This document shows, piece by piece, positions 25,918 to 34,936 of a stretch of DNA of 64,000 nucleotides. Position numbers and translations under genes: made by a program. The number at the start of each line of letters is the position of its first letter. Position 1 is the stretch's first letter. Below the pieces are notes generated by a model. It made no database searches and was not told the origin of the DNA. It saw only the letters and a list, made by a program, of their open reading frames with translations. Source of the DNA: a virus; IMG/VR virus record IMGVR_UViG_3300006931_000029, positions 93,124 through 157,123 of that record, one strand, 5' to 3'.

Positions 25918-28106
25918 GTGTCGGCTTGAGCCGTGAAGTCGGCTGTGAGGAAGTCGCAATCGTTCACCGCCCCGGCGAGCGACGTGGTTGGGTCGAAGTC
26001 GTCGATCCAGAATTCCTCGTGAAACACATAAATGCCGGCCGAGATCATCCACGGCTGGAACGTTTGCTTCGTTGGGAAAGAATCGGTCGGGTCGACTTGC
26101 CTAATTTCTCGATTGGCAATGTCATAGTAAATGCCGTTTGGCGTTAGGGCAGGTTGTCCAATGTCACCCGGGCGCCCAACTCGAAAAGCGTCTTTCAACC
26201 TGGATTCAACCACGAGAATGTAGTTCATCCACGACTCGGTAGATTCCTGTGTCCAAACAGTGGAGTTGGCGAATACCGGCTGAGTCTCTGCACTGAGCGT
26301 ATACGCCCGACGGATCGACTCCAAAGCTTTCTGCATGTAGGTTCGCTTCCACAACCGATAGCCGGAAATCTGGGATGTCTCGCGTTGAGAACCGAATCGA
26401 CGGATGTCGATCGTTCTCAGGTATAGGCCGCCGATGTTGACGTCATCCAGGAAGAGATTGACAGTCCCTGGATTCGCGTTGAAGAAGTCAAAGAAGAGCG
26501 TGTCAGGACGACCCGATTGACTGGAGAAGATTGCCGTAGACGCGACCGCTCCCATCGTGGCCGTCATTTTGCAACTGAGATTGCCTTCGCGAACGTTCAC
26601 AAACTCAACCACGCCTACAGTCAACTTACCAGAGCCGCTATCGGTTCTTTCGATCGTGAATGAACCAACGTCGCCGTCAGCAGCCAAGACGTAGGAGTTC
26701 GAGTAGATGAACGTGCCAGCATCTTGACCATAAAGGATGAAGCCTTCGAAGAGAACCGTACCGTTCCAGATGACGCGTACTAGGAAATTGTCCGTGTCTG
26801 CCGAGTTATCAGCGAACCGGAACCGAACGGTGTAACGGCCTTCGATTAGTTTGATTTGCCAGTTGAGGAAACTCGGTCCGTTAAGCGTGGCGGTTTCAGA
26901 GCCGTCTGCTGGGATGCCATTGAGGTTCAAGCTACCGAATACTCGCGCAATGCGACTAGGTTCAAAATAGATCGCCAAACGATAGTGAGCAGTTGATGGG
27001 TCGGTAATTTGAGGAGTGAAAGAAACTCCAGAGCCAGGCGCGGGAAGATAAACTCCATCCGGCTGGTAGACTGCGCCAGATGCAAGGCTCACGTCTGCAA
27101 CCGGATTCGGCTGGTAGTAAATGGGGACGGCGCGGTACGTGTTGATCTTCAGCCTATTCGACTTCTGCCGCCAAAACTGGGCGTCTTCGTAGCTAGGACG
27201 AGCTCCTCGCACGGCGAGCGTGGTGGATGGATACGTCAACGCCAGCGACCCTCCGAATGGAGTTGAACCACTGCCATCAAATGTTTCTCCGAACCATGTC
27301 ACGGTCCGCAGGAACCGGTCGTAGACGATTCGATTACGATCAACCAAACCAGGTGAGGCGACAAACGTACGATAGCGTTCACCATCGTCTTTGAGGGTGT
27401 AAATCTCTGATTCGCGTGGGCCGTCGATGTCGGTCACTTGGACGTACAGTCGAGTTGCCCGGCTGTAGAGATCGTTGAGCTCGTACGCAACGTTGGCAAT
27501 TGCCGTGGCAACCTTGTTATCGCGATCGGCGAGCAGTTGATCCGGTTCCTTGAACATCGGGACTGAAAGCGGAAGTGAACCGCTAACGGCCGAACGGCGC
27601 GTGCTTCCTTCTGCTAACGACCAAACGTCGGTTGGCGTGACGCCAGAAACGATCGATGCAATAGGCGAAACCTCGAAAACGCTGGCAACCTTAACGAGTG
27701 ACTCGTACAGAAGCACGTCTCGAGCATAAAGCTGTCGGTCTGTAGTGATCGCTGCGATTGGGCGCGACGACGGTCTAACGTGAGTCACAGCGCCTGGAAA
27801 AGCCGGCGTCGCCATGTCAGCCGTCGATGCTTGAAGATCGCCCGTTGGGACGCCCTGCACAGCTGGTCTCGTGGTGTCCAATCCGAAGACTTCAGCCGCT
27901 TCAACAGACACCTCAGAAAGCAACGCCATGAGTATGACGTCTCGGTAGGCAAGTTCGAAATCCCGCGCAGCGTATGCCGTGGCGTCGATCCCTACGTTTG
28001 CGTTGACAACGGTCAGTGCGCTACCTGGTACCCGAGATTGACCCCACGCCAGCGTGGTTGGAAGCGGGATGATTCGAACAGACTGAAGAGGAGTCGCGAG
28101 GGCCAT
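25914..28106 (-). CDS. large hypothetical structural protein
   Basis: 730-aa ORF adjacent to fibre gene; no motif recognised. Confidence 0.45.
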   Translation of the reverse strand: MALATPLQSVRIIPLPTTLAWGQSRVPGSALTVVNANVGIDATAYAARDFELAYRDVILMALLSEVSVEAAEVFGLDTTRPAVQGVPTGDLQASTADMATPAFPGAVTHVRPSSRPIAAITTDRQLYARDVLLYESLVKVASVFEVSPIASIVSGVTPTDVWSLAEGSTRRSAVSGSLPLSVPMFKEPDQLLADRDNKVATAIANVAYELNDLYSRATRLYVQVTDIDGPRESEIYTLKDDGERYRTFVASPGLVDRNRIVYDRFLRTVTWFGETFDGSGSTPFGGSLALTYPSTTLAVRGARPSYEDAQFWRQKSNRLKINTYRAVPIYYQPNPVADVSLASGAVYQPDGVYLPAPGSGVSFTPQITDPSTAHYRLAIYFEPSRIARVFGSLNLNGIPADGSETATLNGPSFLNWQIKLIEGRYTVRFRFADNSADTDNFLVRVIWNGTVLFEGFILYGQDAGTFIYSNSYVLAADGDVGSFTIERTDSGSGKLTVGVVEFVNVREGNLSCKMTATMGAVASTAIFSSQSGRPDTLFFDFFNANPGTVNLFLDDVNIGGLYLRTIDIRRFGSQRETSQISGYRLWKRTYMQKALESIRRAYTLSAETQPVFANSTVWTQESTESWMNYILVVESRLKDAFRVGRPGDIGQPALTPNGIYYDIANREIRQVDPTDSFPTKQTFQPWMISAGIYVFHEEFWIDDFDPTTSLAGAVNDCDFLTADFTAQADT

Positions 28107-28154
28107 CGGTTTCGCTTAAGTATCCGTGTTGTTAGGACTGAAACATTCCATCCT

Positions 28155-28298
28155 ATGCTCGCATTCCTCGTAGGTCTCACCATCGGTGCCGTTGTCGGTG
28201 TAATCGCAACAATTCTCGTGTTCCGCAAGAACAAGGGAGTTCAGGCTCAGGCCGAATTGGCCGTTGATGCCGTCAAACAGAAGATCGACAAGCACTAA
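28155..28298 (+). CDS. small single-pass membrane protein
   Basis: ATG at 28155: MLAFLVGLTIGAVVGVIATILVFRKNK...; within ORF 27780..28298. Confidence 0.3.
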   Translation: MLAFLVGLTIGAVVGVIATILVFRKNKGVQAQAELAVDAVKQKIDKH

Positions 28299-28648
28299 GT
28301 CTCGTCGTAGACGGGCATTCCGTTCGTCAGCCTCAGTTGGCGGTATTCCGAGCCAACATCGGCGGTCTGGTACTTCACGGTCCAGTTGAAGCCGTTGTGG
28401 AAATCCGTCCGCCAAACGTCGCGCGCATCCTCAGGGTGGTGATGCCGAATGTGAAGACTTGGCTGCATGTGAAGCAAGTTGCCGTCGATCCGATATTCCC
28501 ACGAGACGTTTGAAATCTTCGGCGTTCCGTTCTGGTGGACGTCAATGACACAAACACTCGGCTCTTTCCCTTCAGCCTTGTAGAGCAGATAGAGGCGTTG
28601 AGGAGTCGTCTGAGTCTGAAGAATGGCTGTGCCGACGACTTCGTCCAT
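28295..28648 (-). CDS. hypothetical protein
   Basis: 117-aa ORF. Confidence 0.4.
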   Translation of the reverse strand: MDEVVGTAILQTQTTPQRLYLLYKAEGKEPSVCVIDVHQNGTPKISNVSWEYRIDGNLLHMQPSLHIRHHHPEDARDVWRTDFHNGFNWTVKYQTADVGSEYRQLRLTNGMPVYDET

Positions 28649-28658
28649 GGTTTACGTA

Positions 28659-29105
28659 TCAGAGCTTCGTGACTCGGAAGTTTCCTGAAACGGAGACGCG
28701 CAACTGGGTTTCTTTCGTATTGTTCACTGCGAGAACCGCGTAGGTGTCAGGCGCTTCGAAGTCCCGCCAATAGTAAGGGTCCATTTGGTTGTAGGTCGGA
28801 ACGTCACAAGGAACATAGACGAGAGGTTGTCCAGAGTGGAGGTTCAACTGTTCGAACTCCCCGGAGTAAAGACCGGCAAACGTGATCGCCATGTTCGTCG
28901 TCAACTTCTCGGCAACCTCGTTCTGAGTCACCACGTCGATGTAGTGGACGCTCAGCCACCGAAGACTCAACCGATAGTTCGGCGGAAGTTTCACTGAGCT
29001 GACCAGCACCGACGACATCGGATAAATGATTGACTGGGACATGCAAAACGGAATGTCCAGCCACCGACCGAGAGTGCCGGTTGGAATGTAAGTTGATGGA
29101 AGCAC
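28659..29105 (-). CDS. hypothetical protein
   Basis: 148-aa ORF. Confidence 0.4.
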   Translation of the reverse strand: MLPSTYIPTGTLGRWLDIPFCMSQSIIYPMSSVLVSSVKLPPNYRLSLRWLSVHYIDVVTQNEVAEKLTTNMAITFAGLYSGEFEQLNLHSGQPLVYVPCDVPTYNQMDPYYWRDFEAPDTYAVLAVNNTKETQLRVSVSGNFRVTKL

Positions 29106-29124
29106 GGGCTTAAATAAGCCTAAA

Positions 29125-29140
29125 TTTTATTGTTTACAAA
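29125..29140 (+). promoter_or_regulatory. TTTTATTGTTTACAAAA promoter-like motif
   Basis: 17 nt upstream of ATG 29156. Confidence 0.45.
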
Positions 29141-29155
29141 ATCCAGCAGAAGCGT

Positions 29156-29566
29156 ATGGTGGTTGTCATGGACGAGCGAGCGCTCACAAACAACCTACTG
29201 GGTCGTGGCCACTCCGACTCAACCCCAGTTGCCTTTAGACCCTGGGACACCCTTCACGCACGCGTCACTCAAGGAATCGTGGCAGGTGCCGTCGGTGACC
29301 TATTGATTCTCAATGCAGTCAATGGCTTGACCGACCAACAAGCCGACATGTTTGCAGCCGCAGAGAAGCGCAGAGAACTCGAGGAGTACGAAGAAGGTAA
29401 GCGAATCCTCGCCAGAAACCAAGAGCGAGCCCACGGCAAGTGGTTAGCCACCCAGAGGCAACTTAAAGCTCCGCCTCCATTGGAACGTCAACCTGGGGAA
29501 AGCGATGCCGTTTTCGCGCTGAAACAGCTAGCGCGTCACGAATTTCTAAGCAAGTTCAGTAGGTAA
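29156..29566 (+). CDS. hypothetical protein
   Basis: 136-aa ORF. Confidence 0.4.
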   Translation: MVVVMDERALTNNLLGRGHSDSTPVAFRPWDTLHARVTQGIVAGAVGDLLILNAVNGLTDQQADMFAAAEKRRELEEYEEGKRILARNQERAHGKWLATQRQLKAPPPLERQPGESDAVFALKQLARHEFLSKFSR

Positions 29567-29569
29567 GAC

Positions 29570-29887
29570 GTGGACCCGAAAGACCTAGTCGAGCGCATGC
29601 TGGAGGACGATGACCGTGACCGGTACGATGACGAACCGAGAGACGGCTCTCTCGTCTATGCCACGATCTATCCAATCGGCGAAGAAGACGTTGACCTGGT
29701 GATTCGTTACCACGCGTCGAAAGCCCACCCTGACGATTCAGGCTACCGCCCAGGAGCTTACCACGTTGAAATCGAGGAGATTGTTCGAGACGACACAAAG
29801 GAAGACATCACGCGCAAGCTGACGCAGGATCAGTTCTACGAGCTGCAAGAAAAAGTCTCAGAACACTTCCACCACTACGTCCGATGA
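29570..29887 (+). CDS. small acidic protein, LVExML N-terminal-motif family
   Basis: N-term MDPKDLVERMLEDDD. Confidence 0.45.
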   Translation: MDPKDLVERMLEDDDRDRYDDEPRDGSLVYATIYPIGEEDVDLVIRYHASKAHPDDSGYRPGAYHVEIEEIVRDDTKEDITRKLTQDQFYELQEKVSEHFHHYVR

Positions 29888-30048
29888 GCGATAAATCTAA
29901 AACCTACGTCGTCACCAAGAACGGCGTCAAAGTCTCCAGCCCTCTTCCACTCGACGAGGCAAATGCGCAGGCAGACCAACTTCGGTCTCTGACCGAGAGC
30001 AAGGGTGAAACTGCAATCATCTCTGTTGTTCCCACGCTGATGGGATAA
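29884..30048 (+). CDS. hypothetical 54-aa protein
   Basis: ATG overlapping previous TGA (ATGA); MSDKSKTYVVTKNG...; below ORF-track length cutoff. Confidence 0.3.
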   Translation: MSDKSKTYVVTKNGVKVSSPLPLDEANAQADQLRSLTESKGETAIISVVPTLMG

Positions 30049-30054
30049 TTAGTC

Positions 30055-30405
30055 ATGGACGACAAGAAGCCGGACGAACTGGTCGAGAAGCTGCTTAACG
30101 AAGACCCGGGTGACGAGAAGCTCGATCCGGTTTACGTTCAGCGCAGAGATGACGTTCGTCGTCAAGCTGCTGAGCCGTCCAGAAAGCCGAATCCACGCGA
30201 AATGGAAATCGAGCAGGGTGACGACGATGTCGATCCGGAGGAGCAATTTGAGTTGGACCTTCGCGAAGCGATTGAAGGAACAATCGAAGGTGCAAGAGCC
30301 AGAACTTATGCCGAAAATGGCGTGCTGACCCGCAACAAGGGTTTGGTGGTGGATACGTCCTATGGGACGTTCCAAGTCACGATCGTTCTGAAGAATCGCG
30401 CTTAG
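30055..30405 (+). CDS. small acidic protein, LVExML N-terminal-motif family
   Basis: N-term MDDKKPDELVEKLLNEDP; terminates with tandem TAG TAG (30403-30408). Confidence 0.45.
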   Translation: MDDKKPDELVEKLLNEDPGDEKLDPVYVQRRDDVRRQAAEPSRKPNPREMEIEQGDDDVDPEEQFELDLREAIEGTIEGARARTYAENGVLTRNKGLVVDTSYGTFQVTIVLKNRA

Positions 30406-30644
30406 TAGCGGATGTGGTGGGCTTCGAGAGACCTGAGCCTAGCTTCAACGTTGGCGTCATAAAGCAACGCTTCAATTCGGGCTAGCCGTTCTTCGACGGT
30501 CATTCCTTTCAGGCCCGAAAGAAATACGCGCTTAGCGAGACTCGCTTTCGCCGTCCGACACGAGGCACAAACTCGAGAGCCATCTACGACTTCGTGTTTG
30601 TCTTGGTCACATTCGATGCAGTGAAAATCAGCGACTAGAGCCAT
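30402..30644 (-). CDS. Zn-ribbon small protein
   Basis: CIECDQDKHEVVDGSRVCASC (CxxC...CxxC). Confidence 0.4.
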   Translation of the reverse strand: MALVADFHCIECDQDKHEVVDGSRVCASCRTAKASLAKRVFLSGLKGMTVEERLARIEALLYDANVEARLRSLEAHHIRY

Positions 30645-31006
30645 TAGGACGCCTGTTGTTCGGCGTCTCCAAGAACGGCAGTGGCCATCTTCTGAAGTTC
30701 GACCCAGCAGGTTGGGTCGAGGTTGATCGGTTTGATTTCGTACTTCGGAAACATGTCGGCTAGTTGCCGCGGAGTGATGTCCTCGTTGATAGGAGCCAGA
30801 ATTAGCATGACCGTGCGGAGCAATTCGTCTTGGAAGTCAAGGTCGGCTCCTGCGCAGTAGTCCAAGTCAACACAGCCGCATCCTACGAGTCCCATGCGGA
30901 CACGGACACCAAACATCATCCGCGTGAACCCGATTTCCCAGCGACCACCGAGAGACACCCAGCGGTGGAAGAAATTTTCGTTGGGTTGTGCCGGTTTGAA
31001 AACCAT
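30644..31006 (-). CDS. hypothetical protein
   Basis: 120-aa ORF; promoter-like motif 27 nt upstream on minus strand. Confidence 0.4.
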   Translation of the reverse strand: MVFKPAQPNENFFHRWVSLGGRWEIGFTRMMFGVRVRMGLVGCGCVDLDYCAGADLDFQDELLRTVMLILAPINEDITPRQLADMFPKYEIKPINLDPTCWVELQKMATAVLGDAEQQAS

Positions 31007-31034
31007 GACTCTATCTTAAGAACGTATCAAAATG

Positions 31035-31050
31035 TGTAAACAAAAAAAAA
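31035..31050 (-). promoter_or_regulatory. TTTTTTTTTGTTTACA promoter-like motif (minus-strand orientation)
   Basis: plus strand reads TGTAAACAAAAAAAAA; lies between terminator and start of 30644..31006. Confidence 0.45.
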
Positions 31051-31072
31051 GAGGGCAGCTTTCGCCGCCCTC
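31041..31072 (-). terminator. rho-independent terminator
   Basis: minus strand: GAGGGCGGC-GAAA-GCTGCCCTC hairpin (9-bp stem, one mismatch) followed by T9; downstream of flotillin/NfeD operon. Confidence 0.6.
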
Positions 31073-31100
31073 CTTTTCGGGGGTTTGGTGTAGTCCGGCT

Positions 31101-32897
31101 TTAGGTCTTCTTTGCCGCGGGCACTGCAGGCGAAGGTGTCGTTTCAACGTCCGTCACCATTCCCGCCATCTGAGCGAGTTTGGACGGGTCCATCTTCAGA
31201 AGCTTCAGCAACGGCGTAACGTCAACGCCAGCCGCTTTTGCTTTGAGGAAGAATTCAGTAACCATGCCAGGGATTGCGCCAGCGAAACTGGCGACGCCGC
31301 CGCCTTTGCCGTCACCGGTGCCCATGTCAACGATGGAAACATTCTTGATCGCACCCAGCGACGTGCCGAGAGGACCGAACATTGCCGCCAACATTTTAGC
31401 GCCGGCATCGCCGCCCTTGTCGAAGAGCACAGGAAGACGATCGAGTACCATGATGAATTTGCCTTCTTCAGATAGTTGCTTCAACGCCTCGGCCAATTTC
31501 TCGGTACCTTCAGCTTCGGCGAGAAGAGCAGCGCGTTTACCGTTGGCAACAGCGAGCAATCCTTTCTCAGAACCATCGGCTTCGGCAAGAAGAGCAGCAC
31601 GCCGACCGTCAGCAGCTGCGAGTTGGTTTGCACGAACACCTTCTGCGATGGCGAGTTGGGTTGCCTTATTGCCATCGGCCTCGGCTGTCAACTTGACGCG
31701 TGTCGCTTCACCTTCAGCCGCAGCGATCGTGCGAGTCTTGGACGCGATACCTTCACCTTCCTTGACAGCAGCGTTTGCTTTACCGGTTGCCGTGATTTCC
31801 AGTTGACGCGCCGTGCGTTCAGACACGGATTGCTGGTTATCGGCCTCAATGAGGGCAGCTTTGGCTTTCGCCTCAGCTTCGACGATGATTGTCGCCTGCA
31901 GTCTCTTTTGGTTGAGACTAGCCTGCTTTTCCTGCACGGCAATACCAGCGTCAGCGGCTGCGGCGTCTCTGGCCGCTTCTTTCACCCGGAGATTTTGCTC
32001 TTGGGCTGTTTTAGCAATGGCGTTGGCCATATCGGCCTCAGCTTTTTTGCCTTCAGTTTGAACCTTAAACTCGGCAATCTGAATGTCGCGTTTCTTTTCG
32101 GCGTCAGCGACCATAGCGGCGTTCTGCGCCTTTACCTCGGCCGACTCGCGTTCAGCGTTAGACGTCTTGATGGCGGTTTCCTTCTTTGCTTCTGCCGTGG
32201 CGATTTCAGCATCACGGATGATGGCGGCGGTTTCTTTACGGCCGAGAGCCTTGATGTAGCCTTCCGCGTCTTGAACGTCTTGCACGACCAGCGTGATGAT
32301 CTGAATCCCGAGACGGCGGAACTCGTCAGACGACTCTTCAAGAACCTGCTTGTTGAACTCAGAGCGATCCCGAAGAATCTGCTCGACGCTCAACTTAGCA
32401 ATGATGCTACGAACGTGACCGCGAAGGATTTCGCTAATCGTGCTCTTGATTTCTTCGGCGTCTTTGCCGAGGAATGCTTGCACCGCATTCGATTGTTCGT
32501 CGGGATTCGGCGAAACACGGCATGTGGCAACGGCAGTGATGTTAACCGGGACGTTCTTGGCCGTCGGCACCTGTTGCTCCTTAATTTCCACCTGGAAGGC
32601 AGCTGTGCTCATGACCTCGAACCGCTCCACGATCGGCATCAAAATCTTACCACCACCGGTGATGATTTTGAATCCGCGGATACCGGTCTTCTGAACGGAC
32701 TCCTCGGTGTAGTTGTACTTGTACTTCCGGCCGTAGAAGACGCCGATGCCGTTCGGCGGAACCGTTTTGTAGCGCGATGCGGCAATGAAGCCAACGATCG
32801 CGACGCAGATAACGACGGCGATGATTACACCTGGAACGAAAAAGCCACCAAGCAAACCGGGGCTTGCTTGAGCGAGGAAGAGCATGCTAGTATTCAT
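31101..32897 (-). CDS. SPFH/band-7 flotillin-like protein
   Basis: N-terminal TM anchor, SPFH-domain-like region, long Ala/Glu/Lys-rich coiled-coil (EA repeats) typical of flotillin/YqiK. Confidence 0.65.
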   Translation of the reverse strand: MNTSMLFLAQASPGLLGGFFVPGVIIAVVICVAIVGFIAASRYKTVPPNGIGVFYGRKYKYNYTEESVQKTGIRGFKIITGGGKILMPIVERFEVMSTAAFQVEIKEQQVPTAKNVPVNITAVATCRVSPNPDEQSNAVQAFLGKDAEEIKSTISEILRGHVRSIIAKLSVEQILRDRSEFNKQVLEESSDEFRRLGIQIITLVVQDVQDAEGYIKALGRKETAAIIRDAEIATAEAKKETAIKTSNAERESAEVKAQNAAMVADAEKKRDIQIAEFKVQTEGKKAEADMANAIAKTAQEQNLRVKEAARDAAAADAGIAVQEKQASLNQKRLQATIIVEAEAKAKAALIEADNQQSVSERTARQLEITATGKANAAVKEGEGIASKTRTIAAAEGEATRVKLTAEADGNKATQLAIAEGVRANQLAAADGRRAALLAEADGSEKGLLAVANGKRAALLAEAEGTEKLAEALKQLSEEGKFIMVLDRLPVLFDKGGDAGAKMLAAMFGPLGTSLGAIKNVSIVDMGTGDGKGGGVASFAGAIPGMVTEFFLKAKAAGVDVTPLLKLLKMDPSKLAQMAGMVTDVETTPSPAVPAAKKT

Positions 32898-33587
32898 TTA
32901 TTCGACAATAAGGGTTGATCCTGAAACTGAGACGACTCTGACTTCCCGCCCGCGTGAAATAAGCAACTCAGTCATCCTCGCTCTGGCGAAGAAAGTTGTG
33001 TATTGACCACTGACAGAAAGAGCAACTTCGCCGGTACCGCCTGGCACAATGTCAATCGTGACGGTGCCGGTTCTGCCGACAGCAGAGTCGATGTCCAAAT
33101 TAGACGAGGCTTGCTGGCTGTAGAGCATGCGCAACATTCCGATCATCAATCCGCCAAGGCTCATACCGGATGCAAGACCGACAAGCGATGAGCTCGTAAC
33201 GCCAAGACCGTAGACGGTTGATAAGGCGCCGCCAGCTCCGAGACCAACGCAGAAGAGCGCGATGATCTTTGGCGAAAAGATGCTCACAGTTGCGTGGCCC
33301 GAATCTCCGCCATGATCGGCGTCATGGTCGTGCTCGTGACCGCCGTCGCCGTGTCCACCGCCGCCGAATTGGCCGAGTATCCAAGCAGCGACGAGGTAGA
33401 CCATTCCAACTGCGATGCACAGCGAGAAGACAAGAAGTTGCGTTGAGTCACGCAGGGCGTTGATGAATGAATTCATGGGAATGTTTGAGAACTGTAACGG
33501 TCTGGAAAACTTTGAGGGTACGGAAAGTGTTGAGGACAATCCCGGTTTTTGCAGTTGTCGTCGGCACAGATGTACTCTTCGCGCCAT
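32898..33587 (-). CDS. NfeD/YuaF-like membrane protein (flotillin partner)
   Basis: His/Gly/Asp-rich loop, multiple TM segments, C-terminal OB-fold-like GRTGTVTIDIVPGGTGEVALSVSGQYTTFFARA...REVRVVSVSGSTLIVE; immediately upstream of flotillin in same operon. Confidence 0.5.
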   Translation of the reverse strand: MARRVHLCRRQLQKPGLSSTLSVPSKFSRPLQFSNIPMNSFINALRDSTQLLVFSLCIAVGMVYLVAAWILGQFGGGGHGDGGHEHDHDADHGGDSGHATVSIFSPKIIALFCVGLGAGGALSTVYGLGVTSSSLVGLASGMSLGGLMIGMLRMLYSQQASSNLDIDSAVGRTGTVTIDIVPGGTGEVALSVSGQYTTFFARARMTELLISRGREVRVVSVSGSTLIVE

Positions 33588-33711
33588 TGACGCTCGTAGA
33601 TTCTGCAGGCAACTTCAAACGCTGCGTCGTCCACGTACTCTTCGCGTTGTGGTGCGCCATTCGGGTACGACGTGGTCTTCTGTAGCCAAAACTTCTTGAC
33701 GACGATCTTGC

Positions 33712-34209
33712 TCACTTGATCAGCGGGAGTTTGATCCGCGGAGACTTACGAGGACGCCTCTTGTTTTCAACCATCTTCTTCAGGATGGCTGTCCGATTCG
33801 CCTTGGCCGACACCAGAGATCGCTCGAGTGATCTGATATGGCCAACAGCTTCCGCGTACGCCACGCGGACAGAATGGTCGTGAAGCCGATTCCTGAACGT
33901 GTCGTCGTCCAGCCGCTGCTGAATCAAGCGCCGGAAAATGCGTAGAAGCGATCGGCGATGGCGGGAGTCCCATGCGACGTGGTATGAACCCCGAACGCCG
34001 TGGATATAGGCGTGCCCTGACGAATACTTCTCAGAGACCCAGTAGCCGCGAACCCTCATCAGCTCTGGAGAAGGCGGTTGCTTCTGATCCGTCTGCGCCA
34101 GTTGAAAATCTGCCGAATGAACGTAAATCTTACCGCTGTGGCAGAGGAATTCCAGGGTAGCGGAATTGCCCTTGTCGTCCTTGGCTTTAGTGAAAATCGA
34201 TTGATTCAC
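33712..34209 (-). CDS. hypothetical protein
   Basis: 165-aa ORF. Confidence 0.4.
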   Translation of the reverse strand: MNQSIFTKAKDDKGNSATLEFLCHSGKIYVHSADFQLAQTDQKQPPSPELMRVRGYWVSEKYSSGHAYIHGVRGSYHVAWDSRHRRSLLRIFRRLIQQRLDDDTFRNRLHDHSVRVAYAEAVGHIRSLERSLVSAKANRTAILKKMVENKRRPRKSPRIKLPLIK

Positions 34210-34259
34210 GAAGCCAGAGAACGTAGTCTGGCTAGCCAGGATTCAAAATTGTTTACGAA

Positions 34260-34571
34260 TCAGTTAATAGGCAACCTAGCTCTGTCTGGAATTCTCAACT
34301 GCTTGCCAGTTGGAATGTCCAGAAACGGATCGGTGAGATTGTTCACTTGAGCAATCGCCCACCACAATTTAGCCGTGCCGTAGAAGCTGAACGAGATGCG
34401 ATCAAGCCTATTCTCGGCGCCTTGGCGAACGGTGTAAATCTGGTCAGTTGCAGCTGGCAGCACCACCGGTTGTTGGAGTCCAAGGACGATGACTCCACCG
34501 ACGTCGTAAACCGGCGTCTTGCTGAACATCGAAAGACTTGGAAGTGGGACCTTCTTAACCGATACGGCCAT
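34260..34571 (-). CDS. LysM-domain protein
   Basis: YTVRQGAENRLDRISFSFYGTAKLWWAIAQVNNL...GKQLRIP matches LysM pattern. Confidence 0.45.
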   Translation of the reverse strand: MAVSVKKVPLPSLSMFSKTPVYDVGGVIVLGLQQPVVLPAATDQIYTVRQGAENRLDRISFSFYGTAKLWWAIAQVNNLTDPFLDIPTGKQLRIPDRARLPIN

Positions 34572-34576
34572 TTGCC

Positions 34577-34936
34577 CTAAGTATCACTCTTCTGGTCGCT
34601 CCGAACTAGCTTGAGAAGGTGACCGTATCTTCCTGTGAATCTTTCCACCTTGAGCGGAAACGACGGCTCCTCAATCTTCGAAAATCGTGAAGCCGTCAGG
34701 CACGGTTCGTAATTTTTTGGCCCACCTTCAGGCGGGGATCGTCGACCTATTTTCTCGCCATGCGGTGCGAAAACGATTAGGTCGATGGTGCCGTCCGACC
34801 AGGTTTCTTTAACCTTTCCGAACGTTGGGCTATGATCGTCCGTGTGATCTTTGACCCAGTCTCCGGTTTTGAACGGAAACTTATTTTTCTGTGTTTGCTT
34901 TAGGGGCAAGTTTTTCCTTAAGAGCCAGTTCAACAA
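34577..34936 (-). CDS. hypothetical protein
   Basis: 119-aa ORF; 56-nt overlap with next gene so start uncertain. Confidence 0.35.
   Translation of the reverse strand: MLNWLLRKNLPLKQTQKNKFPFKTGDWVKDHTDDHSPTFGKVKETWSDGTIDLIVFAPHGEKIGRRSPPEGGPKNYEPCLTASRFSKIEEPSFPLKVERFTGRYGHLLKLVRSDQKSDT

Noticed and set aside
28116-28415. Minus-strand ORF 28116..28415 (99 aa)
   Set aside because: Lies antisense to the small membrane-protein ORF and overlaps 28295..28648; no coupling or motif; judged spurious.
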